A DNA stretch of 28,269 nucleotides. Source: Bdellovibrionia bacterium (lineage in GTDB: Bacteria > Bdellovibrionota > UBA1018). The notes under the pieces were generated by a model that was not told the DNA's origin, made no database searches, and saw only the letters and a program-made list of their open reading frames with translations. Of the stretch, positions 16,857 to 25,927 are shown piece after piece (positions within the stretch are counted from its first letter, which is position 1; every line of letters starts with the position of its first letter). Where the stretch lies: contig JBJMMA010000184.1 of NCBI GenBank assembly GCA_045805065.1, positions 1 to 28,269 on the forward strand, written 5' to 3'. The position numbers were made by a program, and so were the translations under genes.

Positions 16857-19784
16857 ATGGATGCTCGGCTGACTCCAAAATCAATTCGCCAGCGACTTTG
16901 TGCCCTATTGGGTTCAGCGCTCCTTTTTTCTACGGGCGCTCTTGCAGAGCAACCTCTTTCCGAAACCCTCCAGATTCAAACCTTTCCAACTCATAGTCGC
17001 CTTGTCTTCCGGATCGATGATGGTGTTCCGGTCCAATGGAAAGAGACCAAGGATGGATTTGAGGCACTCTTTAAAGGCTTGGGTTTTACTGACCTCGGGG
17101 CTCCCCTGGGCGAGGAAGACGCCTGGGCGCAACAGTTCAAGAAGTCGCTCCGCGATCCGCGCCTGAAATCGATCGACCTCCGTGAAGTTCCGGGCGGTCT
17201 GGTGGTCATGGGCAAGTGGAAGTTCCCGGCTGGCCCCCAGGCACCTGCCGATCCCCGGATGGAGACGTTTGACTACCGCGAGCACGCTCGTAAGGATGGC
17301 GGAAGCGAGTTCATTGTCGACTTCTGGATCAAGAAGGGGATGAGCGTCGCGGAAGCGGGAGAGCTGAAAAAGAGAAAGGCTCACGAGGAGAAGCTTCGTC
17401 AGGCCCAGGCCGAGATCAAAAACCGGGTTTCCCGTCGCCTGGCATCGGAGCAGGCAAAATCCCAGGTCAACGACCTTGGACGTTTCTGCTCGGAGCCTTT
17501 GAATGAGCAAAAAGACATTTTCCTGTCGTTTTTGCCAGTAAGCGAAAAAATCGATTATCAGAAGGAGCTTCCGCACGGGGCTCCGGATGCAGAATTTCCT
17601 TATTATGAACCTAAGGGCGATGCGTCGGACGCTCAGTATGTCCGTCTGGCCCTGAAGCTTTACCGCGAAGAGAAATTTGGCCTGGTTGTCCGCACCTTGG
17701 ATTTCATGGATACGGAGCAGCCTTCTTCCTCTTATCGTCAGGAAATGCGCTTTCTTCGCGCTAATGCGTTCTTGAAACTGGGAATGCAGGCCGAGGCTGA
17801 GAGACTCCTGAACGAGATCAAGGTCGAAGCTAAAGGAAAACCTGTTGCCCTGTACTCGGCGCTTTACCTGGCCACTCAGCTTCTGGAGCCAGTCGAAGAA
17901 AAAGAGTTCCGTTTCAAGGATCCTCTGGCTGCCTATGAGACCTTTTCCTGGTTCTTCACTCATTATCCAGATCATCGTCTGACTTGGCTCTTTCATCTGG
18001 GCGCGGCTGAAGCACTTTCTGCCATCAAGCAGACTGAGCAGGCAGCCAAGGAATATCTCTGGGTTGCTGAGAACGCGAAAACTCCTGAGCAGCGCGCGCA
18101 AGGTGCCCTGCGCCTGGGGAATGTCTATCTCGAGCGCCGCCAACTGCCGCAAGCGCTTGAGGCTTACTCACGCGCGCTTCGGTACTTCAAGAAAGAGTCG
18201 GAAAGCTATCCAGCGATTCATCTCAATCGCGGTGAGGTTCTCTACGGTTTAGGGGAGTACCAGGAAGCACGTAAGGTCTTTGAGGACTTTGCCAAGAAGT
18301 ACTCGGGCTACCCTCATGGCTGGCGCGCAAGCTTTCGTCTGGGCGAGATTTATGGACGCCAGGCAGGGCCTGCCAACGAAGACTCTTCGCGCAAATGGTT
18401 CTACGATACCATCAATCACTATCCTCTGAGCTCAGGTGCAACGCTTGCGCGTTTGCGACTCCTTCCTTGCCTGGATCATGGTGGATTCAGTTTTGAGTCG
18501 GCTTCCCGTTTTTTTGAGGGCGAAGCCAAGAATTTTGACGCCTCAGGCGAAATGTCGATGGTTCGTTATCCTGATCTTCGCGCGTTGGCCCAGGTTCGCT
18601 CGTATATCACGCTGAAAAGAGAAGACGTCGCAATTGACGTGGCTCAGCGCGAGATGGGGCTGACGAAAGTCGCTACGATGAAGGCTGAGCTTGGCCGGAT
18701 GTATGAGGAACTTTTCAGAAAGAACATTCTTGCTCTTCTGGATCAGAACAAGCCTTACGAAGCGCTGAAGTATTTTGAGGATCGCTCCAGGTTCCGGGCG
18801 AAAGATGTTCCGGTTGCTGATCCGGACTATCTGTTGAGACTCTCACTGGCGGCTTCTCGTCTGGGATTGGGAAAGAAAGCCGAAGTGTTTGCTGAAGAAT
18901 ACAAAAAAGCCGGCACTCCGAACCGCGCGATCGCGCAGGCTTCACCCAAAGGCTCAGAAAAAAGCTTGGATTTGAGGCTTCAGGTCTCCGAGCAGCGCTT
19001 TGCCGAAGCCCGCGCACTCTGGATCTCGGGCGATACTTCGAAAGACAGCGAAGCAGGAGCAAAGAACGCGGACAAGATCCGCGGTCAGCTGGATCAAGTG
19101 GTAGCCGAGTCTCCTTACTCATTTGAGAAGGAAGTGATTCTGGGGCTTCTTGAGGAAAAACAGGGCAAGCTCAAGACGGCGCGAGGCCACATTCTGAAGG
19201 CACAAGTCCTGGCTCCTGCCGCCAAGAATCCTGAAAACGAAGAGACTTCTCTTCAGATTCTCGCCTGGCTCGCAGGCGTCGAATCCAAAGCAGGGGATGC
19301 CAAGACCGCTTTGGGAATGTATCGCGATCTTGAAAAGCGCCTGAGTGCTCGCCAAGAAGAGGCGCAAGAAGACGCAGAAGATTCTGACGAGTCAGAAGAA
19401 GCATCTAAAGAAGAAACAAAGTCGGAAACCCCGATCGCAAAAGTCGCGACAACTGCGGCCTTCCTGGGTGTTGCTCCGGTTCCAACGCTTGAGCAGGTCC
19501 TGCTCAGCCAGGGCGATCTCCTGGAGTCCATGAAGCGCTGGGGCGAGACCGCACTCGTTTACAACAAAGCCGTTGAGCAGGGGTTGGGCGGAAATCAGGC
19601 CCTGTACGGCTACGCAAGAGCACTTTTAAAAGCAGGCGATAAAGCCAGCCGCGAGAAAGCAAAAGCGGCACTGCAAAAACTGACCGAAAGCAAAACAGAA
19701 GATTTCTGGAAGAAGCTAGCACAGGAAACGCTGGCCAACCTCCAGTTACGTGACCAGGCCCGGCGGAGCCGGGCCGAGAAATGA
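16857..19784 (+). CDS. Large exported TPR-repeat protein preceding the flagellar basal-body operon
   Basis: Signal peptide ending ALA-E; N-terminal beta segment (QTFPTHSRLVF); many TPR-like helix pairs (ALRLGNVYLE, HLNRGEVLYGLGEYQEA, ASFRLGEIY). Start ATG 16857 or GTG 16821. Confidence 0.85.
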   Translation: MDARLTPKSIRQRLCALLGSALLFSTGALAEQPLSETLQIQTFPTHSRLVFRIDDGVPVQWKETKDGFEALFKGLGFTDLGAPLGEEDAWAQQFKKSLRDPRLKSIDLREVPGGLVVMGKWKFPAGPQAPADPRMETFDYREHARKDGGSEFIVDFWIKKGMSVAEAGELKKRKAHEEKLRQAQAEIKNRVSRRLASEQAKSQVNDLGRFCSEPLNEQKDIFLSFLPVSEKIDYQKELPHGAPDAEFPYYEPKGDASDAQYVRLALKLYREEKFGLVVRTLDFMDTEQPSSSYRQEMRFLRANAFLKLGMQAEAERLLNEIKVEAKGKPVALYSALYLATQLLEPVEEKEFRFKDPLAAYETFSWFFTHYPDHRLTWLFHLGAAEALSAIKQTEQAAKEYLWVAENAKTPEQRAQGALRLGNVYLERRQLPQALEAYSRALRYFKKESESYPAIHLNRGEVLYGLGEYQEARKVFEDFAKKYSGYPHGWRASFRLGEIYGRQAGPANEDSSRKWFYDTINHYPLSSGATLARLRLLPCLDHGGFSFESASRFFEGEAKNFDASGEMSMVRYPDLRALAQVRSYITLKREDVAIDVAQREMGLTKVATMKAELGRMYEELFRKNILALLDQNKPYEALKYFEDRSRFRAKDVPVADPDYLLRLSLAASRLGLGKKAEVFAEEYKKAGTPNRAIAQASPKGSEKSLDLRLQVSEQRFAEARALWISGDTSKDSEAGAKNADKIRGQLDQVVAESPYSFEKEVILGLLEEKQGKLKTARGHILKAQVLAPAAKNPENEETSLQILAWLAGVESKAGDAKTALGMYRDLEKRLSARQEEAQEDAEDSDESEEASKEETKSETPIAKVATTAAFLGVAPVPTLEQVLLSQGDLLESMKRWGETALVYNKAVEQGLGGNQALYGYARALLKAGDKASREKAKAALQKLTESKTEDFWKKLAQETLANLQLRDQARRSRAEK

Positions 19785-19830
19785 AAGAAACACTAACTTG
19801 ATCCGACTCGACGCCAAGGAGGGCGACATA

Positions 19831-20817
19831 ATGACGGAAATCATCACAGCGGACCGTAGGATGCGAGAGCTGATTCAACTGGCAAAGACCGTAGCGCAAA
19901 GCAAGGCAACGGTTCTGATCCAAGGTGAAAGCGGAACTGGAAAAGAACTCATGGCAAGCCTGGTCCATGACAACAGCACGCGCGCAGGCCGCCCATTTGT
20001 GGCGATCAATTGCGCTGCGATTCCTGAGAACCTCCTTGAGAGCGAGCTCTTTGGATATGAGCGCGGTGCCTTCACCGGCGCTGTGAGCTCCAAGGCAGGG
20101 AAGTTTGAGTTCGCGAACGGCGGCACGCTTCTCCTCGATGAAATTTCCGAGATGGACATTCGCCTGCAGGCCAAGCTCCTTCGCGTCCTTCAAGAGGGCG
20201 AAGTGGATCGCATCGGCGGCCGCAAGCCGATCCCTGTTGATGTTCGCATTATCGCGACCTGTAACAAGAACTTGGCTGACTGCGTCCGCGACGGGACGTT
20301 CCGCGAAGACCTGTTCTATCGCTTGAACGTTGTGAATCTCACGATTCCACCGCTTCGCGAGCGCATCGGCGATGTTCGCATCCTCTCTTCGCACTTCATG
20401 GCTCAGTACGCTGAGAAGAACGGAAAGAGCTTGGCATCTATTTCACCGGAGGCGTTGGGAATGCTTGAAGGACATGTCTGGCCTGGAAACGTACGTGAAC
20501 TTGAGAACGTGATTGAGCGCGCAGTGATCACGGCTTCGAATCAATCCATTGCCGCAAAGGACATCGCCGTTGAGCGCCGCTCGGTCTCCCTCGGAGACGC
20601 TCAGGCTCTGGTTGCGGAGCAAACCGCGAGCGCAGCAATGCCACAAGCGCCATGGACTCCCGGCCAAACCCTCAATGATATCGAGCGTACGGTCATTCTG
20701 GATGCGCTTGAGTATCATAAGGGCAATCGTACTCACACGGCACGCGCTCTTGGCATTTCGATTCGTACCCTGAGAAACAAGCTTTCGGAATACCGTCAGC
20801 TTGGAATCCAAGTCTAA
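19831..20817 (+). CDS. Sigma54-dependent flagellar activator (FlrC/FleR/FlbD-like) without a receiver domain
   Basis: AAGGAGG SD before ATG 19831; GESGTGKE, GAFTGA, LLLDEISEM, HTH GNRTHTARALGISIRTLRNKL; immediately upstream of flgB. Confidence 0.9.
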   Translation: MTEIITADRRMRELIQLAKTVAQSKATVLIQGESGTGKELMASLVHDNSTRAGRPFVAINCAAIPENLLESELFGYERGAFTGAVSSKAGKFEFANGGTLLLDEISEMDIRLQAKLLRVLQEGEVDRIGGRKPIPVDVRIIATCNKNLADCVRDGTFREDLFYRLNVVNLTIPPLRERIGDVRILSSHFMAQYAEKNGKSLASISPEALGMLEGHVWPGNVRELENVIERAVITASNQSIAAKDIAVERRSVSLGDAQALVAEQTASAAMPQAPWTPGQTLNDIERTVILDALEYHKGNRTHTARALGISIRTLRNKLSEYRQLGIQV

Positions 20818-20841
20818 TTGGCGGGTCTAATTTTCGGGTAA

Positions 20842-20887
20842 CCCTGGGCAGAAAGTTCCTTTCTTAAGAGGAGATTTCTGCCCGGGG
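20842..20887. repeat. Long inverted repeat upstream of the flgB promoter
   Basis: CCCTGGGCAGAAA...TTTCTGCCCGGGG with inner TTCCT/AGGAG; no U-tract follows. Confidence 0.6.
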
Positions 20888-20966
20888 AAGTCGGAAAGAT
20901 TTACCCGGCGGCGAGAAGTGACATGAGAAGGCGTTGGAATCACGGTAAATTTTTCTTCAGATGAAG

Positions 20967-20982
20967 CGGCACGCAACTTGTA
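20967..20982 (+). promoter_or_regulatory. Variant sigma54 promoter of the flgB operon
   Basis: CGGCAC-GCAAC-TTGTA: canonical -24 and spacing, with -12 GT instead of GC. Confidence 0.65.
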
Positions 20983-20994
20983 AACTATGCCCGC

Positions 20995-21024
20995 GGGGCA
21001 GGATGCCCCAACCAGCTAGGAGCT
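20995..21024 (+). promoter_or_regulatory. Two GGA-loop hairpins in the flgB leader (candidate CsrA/RsmA sites)
   Basis: GGGGCA-GGA-TGCCCC (20995-21009) and AGC-TAGGA-GCT (21014-21024) over the SD. Confidence 0.55.
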
Positions 21025-21028
21025 CAAG

Positions 21029-21442
21029 ATGAGCAACGGTTTTGATCCAACAATTGGCGCACTCAATACTTCGCTGAACCTTCGGCTCATGCAGCAGAAC
21101 GTGATCAGCTCGAATATCGCAAATGCGGATACGCCTGGCTACAAGTCCAAGGCCATGGAGTTTGAAGGTGCGCTTCGCGATGCCTTGAATGTCGGGAATA
21201 ATCTCCAGACGCAGACGAGCGATCCAAAACACATTTCCCATAAAACGACCGATCCGGTCGATCCTGAAGTTTACGACGATCCCAACGGAGTGGAGTCACT
21301 TGACGGCAACACCGTGGATCGCTCGGCAGAGATGGCCAAGCTCGCTGAGAACCAACTTTTGTATGACGCTTCTGCGGAAATGCTGAAGCGCAAACTGGGC
21401 ATGCTCAAATACGCAATCACGGAAGGCGGAGGTAATCGCTAA
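21029..21442 (+). CDS. flgB: Flagellar basal-body rod protein FlgB
   Basis: NIANADTPGYKSK, DGNTVD..EMAKLAENQLLY. Confidence 0.96.
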   Translation: MSNGFDPTIGALNTSLNLRLMQQNVISSNIANADTPGYKSKAMEFEGALRDALNVGNNLQTQTSDPKHISHKTTDPVDPEVYDDPNGVESLDGNTVDRSAEMAKLAENQLLYDASAEMLKRKLGMLKYAITEGGGNR

Positions 21443-21858
21443 TGGATCTTTTTTCTTCGATGCGGGTGAGTGCTACGGGACTTGATGCGCAAACCAAGCG
21501 CATGAACACGATTTCCAGTAACTTGGCGAACGCAGAAACCGTGGGCTATCACAAAAAAGAGCCCATGATGGCGGCCGAGACAGACCGTGAGAGCTTTGGC
21601 GAGATTCTTCAGAACGAGCTCGACGAGAATGTCCAGGGCGTTCGTGTCCAGGAGATCATCGAGGATCCAGGCGTTCGCATGGTCTACAACCCAAACCACC
21701 CACAAGCTAACGCTGAAGGCTACGTTGCGATGCCAAAGGTGAACACGGTTGAAGAGATGGCCAATATGATCAGTGCTCAACGTTCTTATGAAGCGAACGT
21801 CACGGCCATGAACGCGGCCAAGCAGATGGCGCAAAAAGCGCTCGAAATTGGCCGTTAA
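21442..21858 (+). CDS. flgC: Flagellar basal-body rod protein FlgC
   Basis: SATGLDAQ.KRMNTISSNLANAET, YNPNHPQANAEGYV.MP.VN.VEEM, AQRSYEANV. Confidence 0.96.
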   Translation: MDLFSSMRVSATGLDAQTKRMNTISSNLANAETVGYHKKEPMMAAETDRESFGEILQNELDENVQGVRVQEIIEDPGVRMVYNPNHPQANAEGYVAMPKVNTVEEMANMISAQRSYEANVTAMNAAKQMAQKALEIGR

Positions 21859-21873
21859 TAGGGAAGAGACTAA

Positions 21874-22251
21874 ATGGCAAATCTGAACGTCGAAAACCTG
21901 AATAGAATTGTCCAGACCGGAGACGTGGAAGCCCTCATGGGTGGAAACTCCATCGGCGCTCCATCCGAAGCTCGCGTCATGAAAGAGATGCAGGCTCAGG
22001 GGATGCAGGCTCCCAGCGCAGCGGGGAAGGGTGAGACGTTCTCAGACATGCTGAGACACTCGGTTGAGAATGTGAATCAAGACCAGGTGCAAGCCAACCA
22101 GGCCATCCATGAATTAGTGGCGGGCCGTAGCAAGAACATCCATGAGACCATGCTTGCCGTTGAGCGCGCTGATACCTCGCTCAAGTTGATGATGCAGGTT
22201 CGAAACAAGGTACTCGATGCGTACCGCGAAATCATGAAGATGCAGGTGTAG
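21874..22251 (+). CDS. fliE: Flagellar hook-basal body protein FliE
   Basis: IHETMLAVERA..SLKLMMQVRNKVLDAYREIMKMQV. Confidence 0.96.
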   Translation: MANLNVENLNRIVQTGDVEALMGGNSIGAPSEARVMKEMQAQGMQAPSAAGKGETFSDMLRHSVENVNQDQVQANQAIHELVAGRSKNIHETMLAVERADTSLKLMMQVRNKVLDAYREIMKMQV

Positions 22252-22319
22252 TAGCAGCTAAGTGAGAAATATGACCGGGTGAGGCGCTGGCCGCGCCGAG
22301 AGGTTTAAGGAGATTTCGA

Positions 22320-24005
22320 GTGTTTGAAACGCTAAAAAGAGTATTTAACGAGTCATCTCGATTCATCAAGGCACAGTCTCCTGGCCGTATTGCCGCTATG
22401 GCGATCACGGGGTTTGGAATCCTTGTCGCCATGGTGATGATGTTCATCTGGGCAGGCGAGAAGACCTACACACCGCTGATGACGAACCTCAACCCTGAGG
22501 ACGCTACAAACATTATCCGCATGCTTCGCGAAAAGAAGATCCCATTCAAAGTGGATCCAAGCGGACGCAATATCTCGGTTCCACCTGAAGGGCTTTATGA
22601 GTTCCGTCTGGAGCTGGCTTCCATGGGATTGCCTCAATCCAGCGTCGTTGGATATGAGCTTTTTGATAAGCAGTCCCTCGGAACTTCGACCTTTGTTCAG
22701 AAGATGAATCAAAAGCGCGCTCTGGAAGGCGAGCTCATGCGCACGATCAATACGATCCGTGGTGTGCGTCGCTCCCGCGTTCACTTGGTGACCCCTCAGA
22801 AAAGCACCTTTGTTGAAGATCAGAAGAAAGCAACGGCATCTGTCGTGGTCGACCTGGATCCGGGCGTGCAGCTTGCCGAAAAGCAGGTTTACGGGATTGG
22901 AAACCTGGTTGCCCGCGCGGTCGAAGGCATGGACGTTTCGGACGTCGTGATTGTTGATTCGAACGGCAAGACCCTTTCCAAGAACACAAGCGATCCATTG
23001 GCTGCAGCCACTGCAAACCAGATGGAGTACGGACAAAAGTTTGAGCATGAGATGGAAAAGCGCATCTCGGACATCCTGAGCCCGATGGTGGGTGAGGGTA
23101 AGGTCCAGGCCCGCGTGACGGCTGATCTTGATTTCTCGCAAGTCAGCGAGACTCAGACTCTTGTTGATCCGGATAACTCGGCAATCCTCTCGGTCGAGCG
23201 CCGCAATGATTCCATGAACATGCAGCGCCCTGGCCCGTATGGCGTATCGGGAGCTGCATCTAATCTTCCAGGTCAACCGCCTGCTGCGAACGGTGATGTG
23301 AAAAACGAAACCGTGAAGAGCAATGAGGTGATCAACTATAAGCCTCAGACCACGACTCGTCAGGTGGTCAAGCAGCTGGGAATGCCAAAACGTCTTTCCG
23401 TGGCCGTCGTCATTGATGGCAAGCCGGTTCACGTGACGGATAAAGACGGAAAAGTCACCAGCAAGGTCGAACCATGGTCTGCAGAGCAGATCCAGGGATT
23501 TGAGGCTCTCGTTGCAAGCGCTGTGGGAATCGACAAGAAGCGCGGCGACGTTCTTGAGATCAAGAACATGGAGTTCATCCATCCTGACTTCGATGAAGCC
23601 GAGCGCGTCGTCGCAGAGAAAGAACGCAAGAGCTACATTCAGAACATGGTGCTCTATGGCGTGATCGGTATTGCGATCATCCTGTTCTTCCTGGTGGTGG
23701 TCAGACCGTTCATCAAGTGGATTACGGAAAATACGATCGACAACGTCGACTCCTTCCTGCCTCAGACTCTTGAGGAGCTCGAGAAGCTCCAAAAGAGCGC
23801 GGTGCTTCCAGGAATGGAGGATGCGGTGCCGGTGGTTGCCGACAAGCTAGACCCGGAGAAGGTCGAAGGCGAGATGATCAAGGAAAAGGTCACTTCCATG
23901 ATCGAAGGCAATCCACAGAAGGCTGCTCTCATTATCCGCGATTGGTTGCATGAGCCCGCAGCCAAGAAGGACAGCGGTAAAGAAGGCGATACAGCTACAG
24001 CTTGA
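22320..24005 (+). CDS. fliF: Flagellar MS-ring protein FliF
   Basis: GYELFDKQSLGTSTF, RALEGELMRTI, RVHLV.P..STF, two TM segments; GTG start after AAGGAG. Confidence 0.97.
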   Translation: MFETLKRVFNESSRFIKAQSPGRIAAMAITGFGILVAMVMMFIWAGEKTYTPLMTNLNPEDATNIIRMLREKKIPFKVDPSGRNISVPPEGLYEFRLELASMGLPQSSVVGYELFDKQSLGTSTFVQKMNQKRALEGELMRTINTIRGVRRSRVHLVTPQKSTFVEDQKKATASVVVDLDPGVQLAEKQVYGIGNLVARAVEGMDVSDVVIVDSNGKTLSKNTSDPLAAATANQMEYGQKFEHEMEKRISDILSPMVGEGKVQARVTADLDFSQVSETQTLVDPDNSAILSVERRNDSMNMQRPGPYGVSGAASNLPGQPPAANGDVKNETVKSNEVINYKPQTTTRQVVKQLGMPKRLSVAVVIDGKPVHVTDKDGKVTSKVEPWSAEQIQGFEALVASAVGIDKKRGDVLEIKNMEFIHPDFDEAERVVAEKERKSYIQNMVLYGVIGIAIILFFLVVVRPFIKWITENTIDNVDSFLPQTLEELEKLQKSAVLPGMEDAVPVVADKLDPEKVEGEMIKEKVTSMIEGNPQKAALIIRDWLHEPAAKKDSGKEGDTATA

Positions 24006-24050
24006 ATTTAGATTGACCCACGGTTTTTGGCTAAACTTTTGGAGTGAGCG

Positions 24051-25064
24051 ATGGGATACGAAAACTTTGAAGAGATGTCTGGGATTGAAAAATCCGCTTT
24101 GCTTCTCAACTTGCTAGGAAATCAAGTCACGAGCCAGATCTTCAAAAAGATGCGCGATAACGACGTCAAGCGCCTGGTGAACGCCATGGGACAGATCAAT
24201 AAGGTCCCGATTCCTGTCTGTAAGCAGGTTCTGGAGGCGTTTTATACCGAAATCGCTGAAGAAGAGACCCTGATCTTCGGTCACGCGATGGGGAAGGACT
24301 TCGTCCTTGCTACCCTGGGCGAAGAGCGCGCGAAAACGGTTCTTGGCCAGCTCTCAGTCCTGGATGGAAGCCGTACGCTTGAAGCTCTTGAGCTTGTCGA
24401 CTCTCGTACTCTGGCCAACTTCCTGGTCAACGAACATCCTCAAACCGTTGCGCTCATCCTGGCTCATCTGGATTCGAACAAGAAGTGCGACGTCTTGCGA
24501 AGACTGCCTGAAGCAATTCAGACTGAAGTCGTTCTTCGTATCGCAAACCTCGACTTCATCTCTCCAAGCCTCATTGCCCAAGTGGACGAGGTCCTCAAGC
24601 AGGAACTTGCAACGCTGGGTTCGATCGATACGCAACAGCTCGGAGGCGTTCAACCGATCGCCGAAATGCTCAACGTCATGGACAAGACGAGCGAGCAGAA
24701 CATCATGGCACGTGTCGAAGAAAAAGATCCGCAACTTGCCGAAGAAATCCGCAAGCTCATGTTCGTCTTCGAAGACATCGTTTTCATCGACGACCGCGGC
24801 ATGCAGACCCTTCTCAAGGAAGTCGACAACGGCAAGCTCGTTGTGGCCCTCAAGACCGCGCCGGAGGAGATCAAGGAAAAGATCTTCCGCAACATCTCCA
24901 AGCGCGCGGCCGATCTCCTCAAGGAAGACCTCGAGTCCATGGGGCCGGTACGCCTCTCCGACGTCGAGACAGCGCAGCAGGAGATTGTCAACGTGGCAAA
25001 GCGTCTTGAGTCCGAAGGCAAGATCATCATCAGCCGCGGCGGCGATGGTGATGCGCTCGTATGA
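24051..25064 (+). CDS. fliG: Flagellar motor switch protein FliG
   Basis: EHPQTVALIL, GG linker, LMFVFEDI, MGPVRLSDVE.AQ. Confidence 0.97.
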   Translation: MGYENFEEMSGIEKSALLLNLLGNQVTSQIFKKMRDNDVKRLVNAMGQINKVPIPVCKQVLEAFYTEIAEEETLIFGHAMGKDFVLATLGEERAKTVLGQLSVLDGSRTLEALELVDSRTLANFLVNEHPQTVALILAHLDSNKKCDVLRRLPEAIQTEVVLRIANLDFISPSLIAQVDEVLKQELATLGSIDTQQLGGVQPIAEMLNVMDKTSEQNIMARVEEKDPQLAEEIRKLMFVFEDIVFIDDRGMQTLLKEVDNGKLVVALKTAPEEIKEKIFRNISKRAADLLKEDLESMGPVRLSDVETAQQEIVNVAKRLESEGKIIISRGGDGDALV

Positions 25065-25081
25065 TAAGAGGGAAGTCTTGA

Positions 25082-25927
25082 ATGTCCAAGTTTCACGGTA
25101 ACGACTTCAACATCAGCGAAGACGACGCACTCAATAATGCCCCTCGAGTCGTTAAGACGAGCCAACCGGTCGAACGTCACGTTCAAAGCTTTCAGATGAC
25201 GAACCTGAATCAACAGGGCAGCCCTAAGAGTGGTTTCACAGGTGCTGCTGCGGCATCTGGCCAATCTCCTCGGACTGCCTTGGGAAATAAGCAAGACCAG
25301 CGCTTCATGCTCAGTCAACTGGCTCGTGAAGCGCTCTCGATCGGCAAGGAAGAAGAAAAGATCATCGAAGACCGTGTCGCGGAAAGGCTCAATGAGCTTT
25401 CTGAGAAGACTCGCCAGGAAGCCTTTGCTCAGGGACACGCTGAAGGGGTGAAGATGGGGCAGGCGGAGGCTTTCCAGGAGTTTCAGGCTGAAAGCCAGAA
25501 GCAACTCGAGCAGCTGAATGCTTTGATTCAATCTATGGAAAGCGCGAAAGGCGAGCTCTTTGAGGCCAATCGCGAGTTCTTGATGAACGCAATCTATCGC
25601 GTGGCAAAAACTATTCTTCTCAAGGAAATCTCAGCGGATCGCGAGTACCTTCTGCGCTTGTCTCGCGAGTTGGTCGAGCGCTGCGGACTTCGCGATAACC
25701 TCACTCTGAAGCTTCATCCAAGCGATGCGGACTCCATAGAAATGCTCAGGCAGGGCTTGCTTCAAAGCTTTTCCAGTCTTCGCAATCTTTCGATTGAGCT
25801 TTCCGAACATGTGCAAGCCGGTGGCTGCATTCTTGAGACGGAGTGGGGTGCAATCGACGCAAGCCTTGAGACTCAGCTCTCTCAGGTTTTAAGCACTCTT
25901 GATGCAGCAAAAGGCACGGCTCCATGA
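25082..25927 (+). CDS. fliH: Flagellar export protein FliH
   Basis: AxxxGxxxGxxxG repeat (AFAQGHAEGVKMG), LHPSD, GGCILETEWGAIDASLETQL; between fliG and fliI. Confidence 0.92.
   Translation: MSKFHGNDFNISEDDALNNAPRVVKTSQPVERHVQSFQMTNLNQQGSPKSGFTGAAAASGQSPRTALGNKQDQRFMLSQLAREALSIGKEEEKIIEDRVAERLNELSEKTRQEAFAQGHAEGVKMGQAEAFQEFQAESQKQLEQLNALIQSMESAKGELFEANREFLMNAIYRVAKTILLKEISADREYLLRLSRELVERCGLRDNLTLKLHPSDADSIEMLRQGLLQSFSSLRNLSIELSEHVQAGGCILETEWGAIDASLETQLSQVLSTLDAAKGTAP

Noticed and set aside
19750..19830. N-terminal extension of the second activator, and the mini-ORF MKETLT (19781-19801)
   Set aside because: The extension overlaps the TPR gene, a strong SD points to ATG 19831, and the mini-ORF is too short to support.
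20842..20887. Intrinsic terminator after the second activator
   Set aside because: No U-tract; better explained as paired protein-binding sites.
22353..23792. 479-aa antisense ORF over fliF (likewise 16914..18152, 24650..25531, 26467..27366)
   Set aside because: Antisense shadows without motifs.
24307..25101. 264-aa same-strand alternative frame within fliG
   Set aside because: Ser/Arg-rich composition typical of an off-frame reading of a biased gene.
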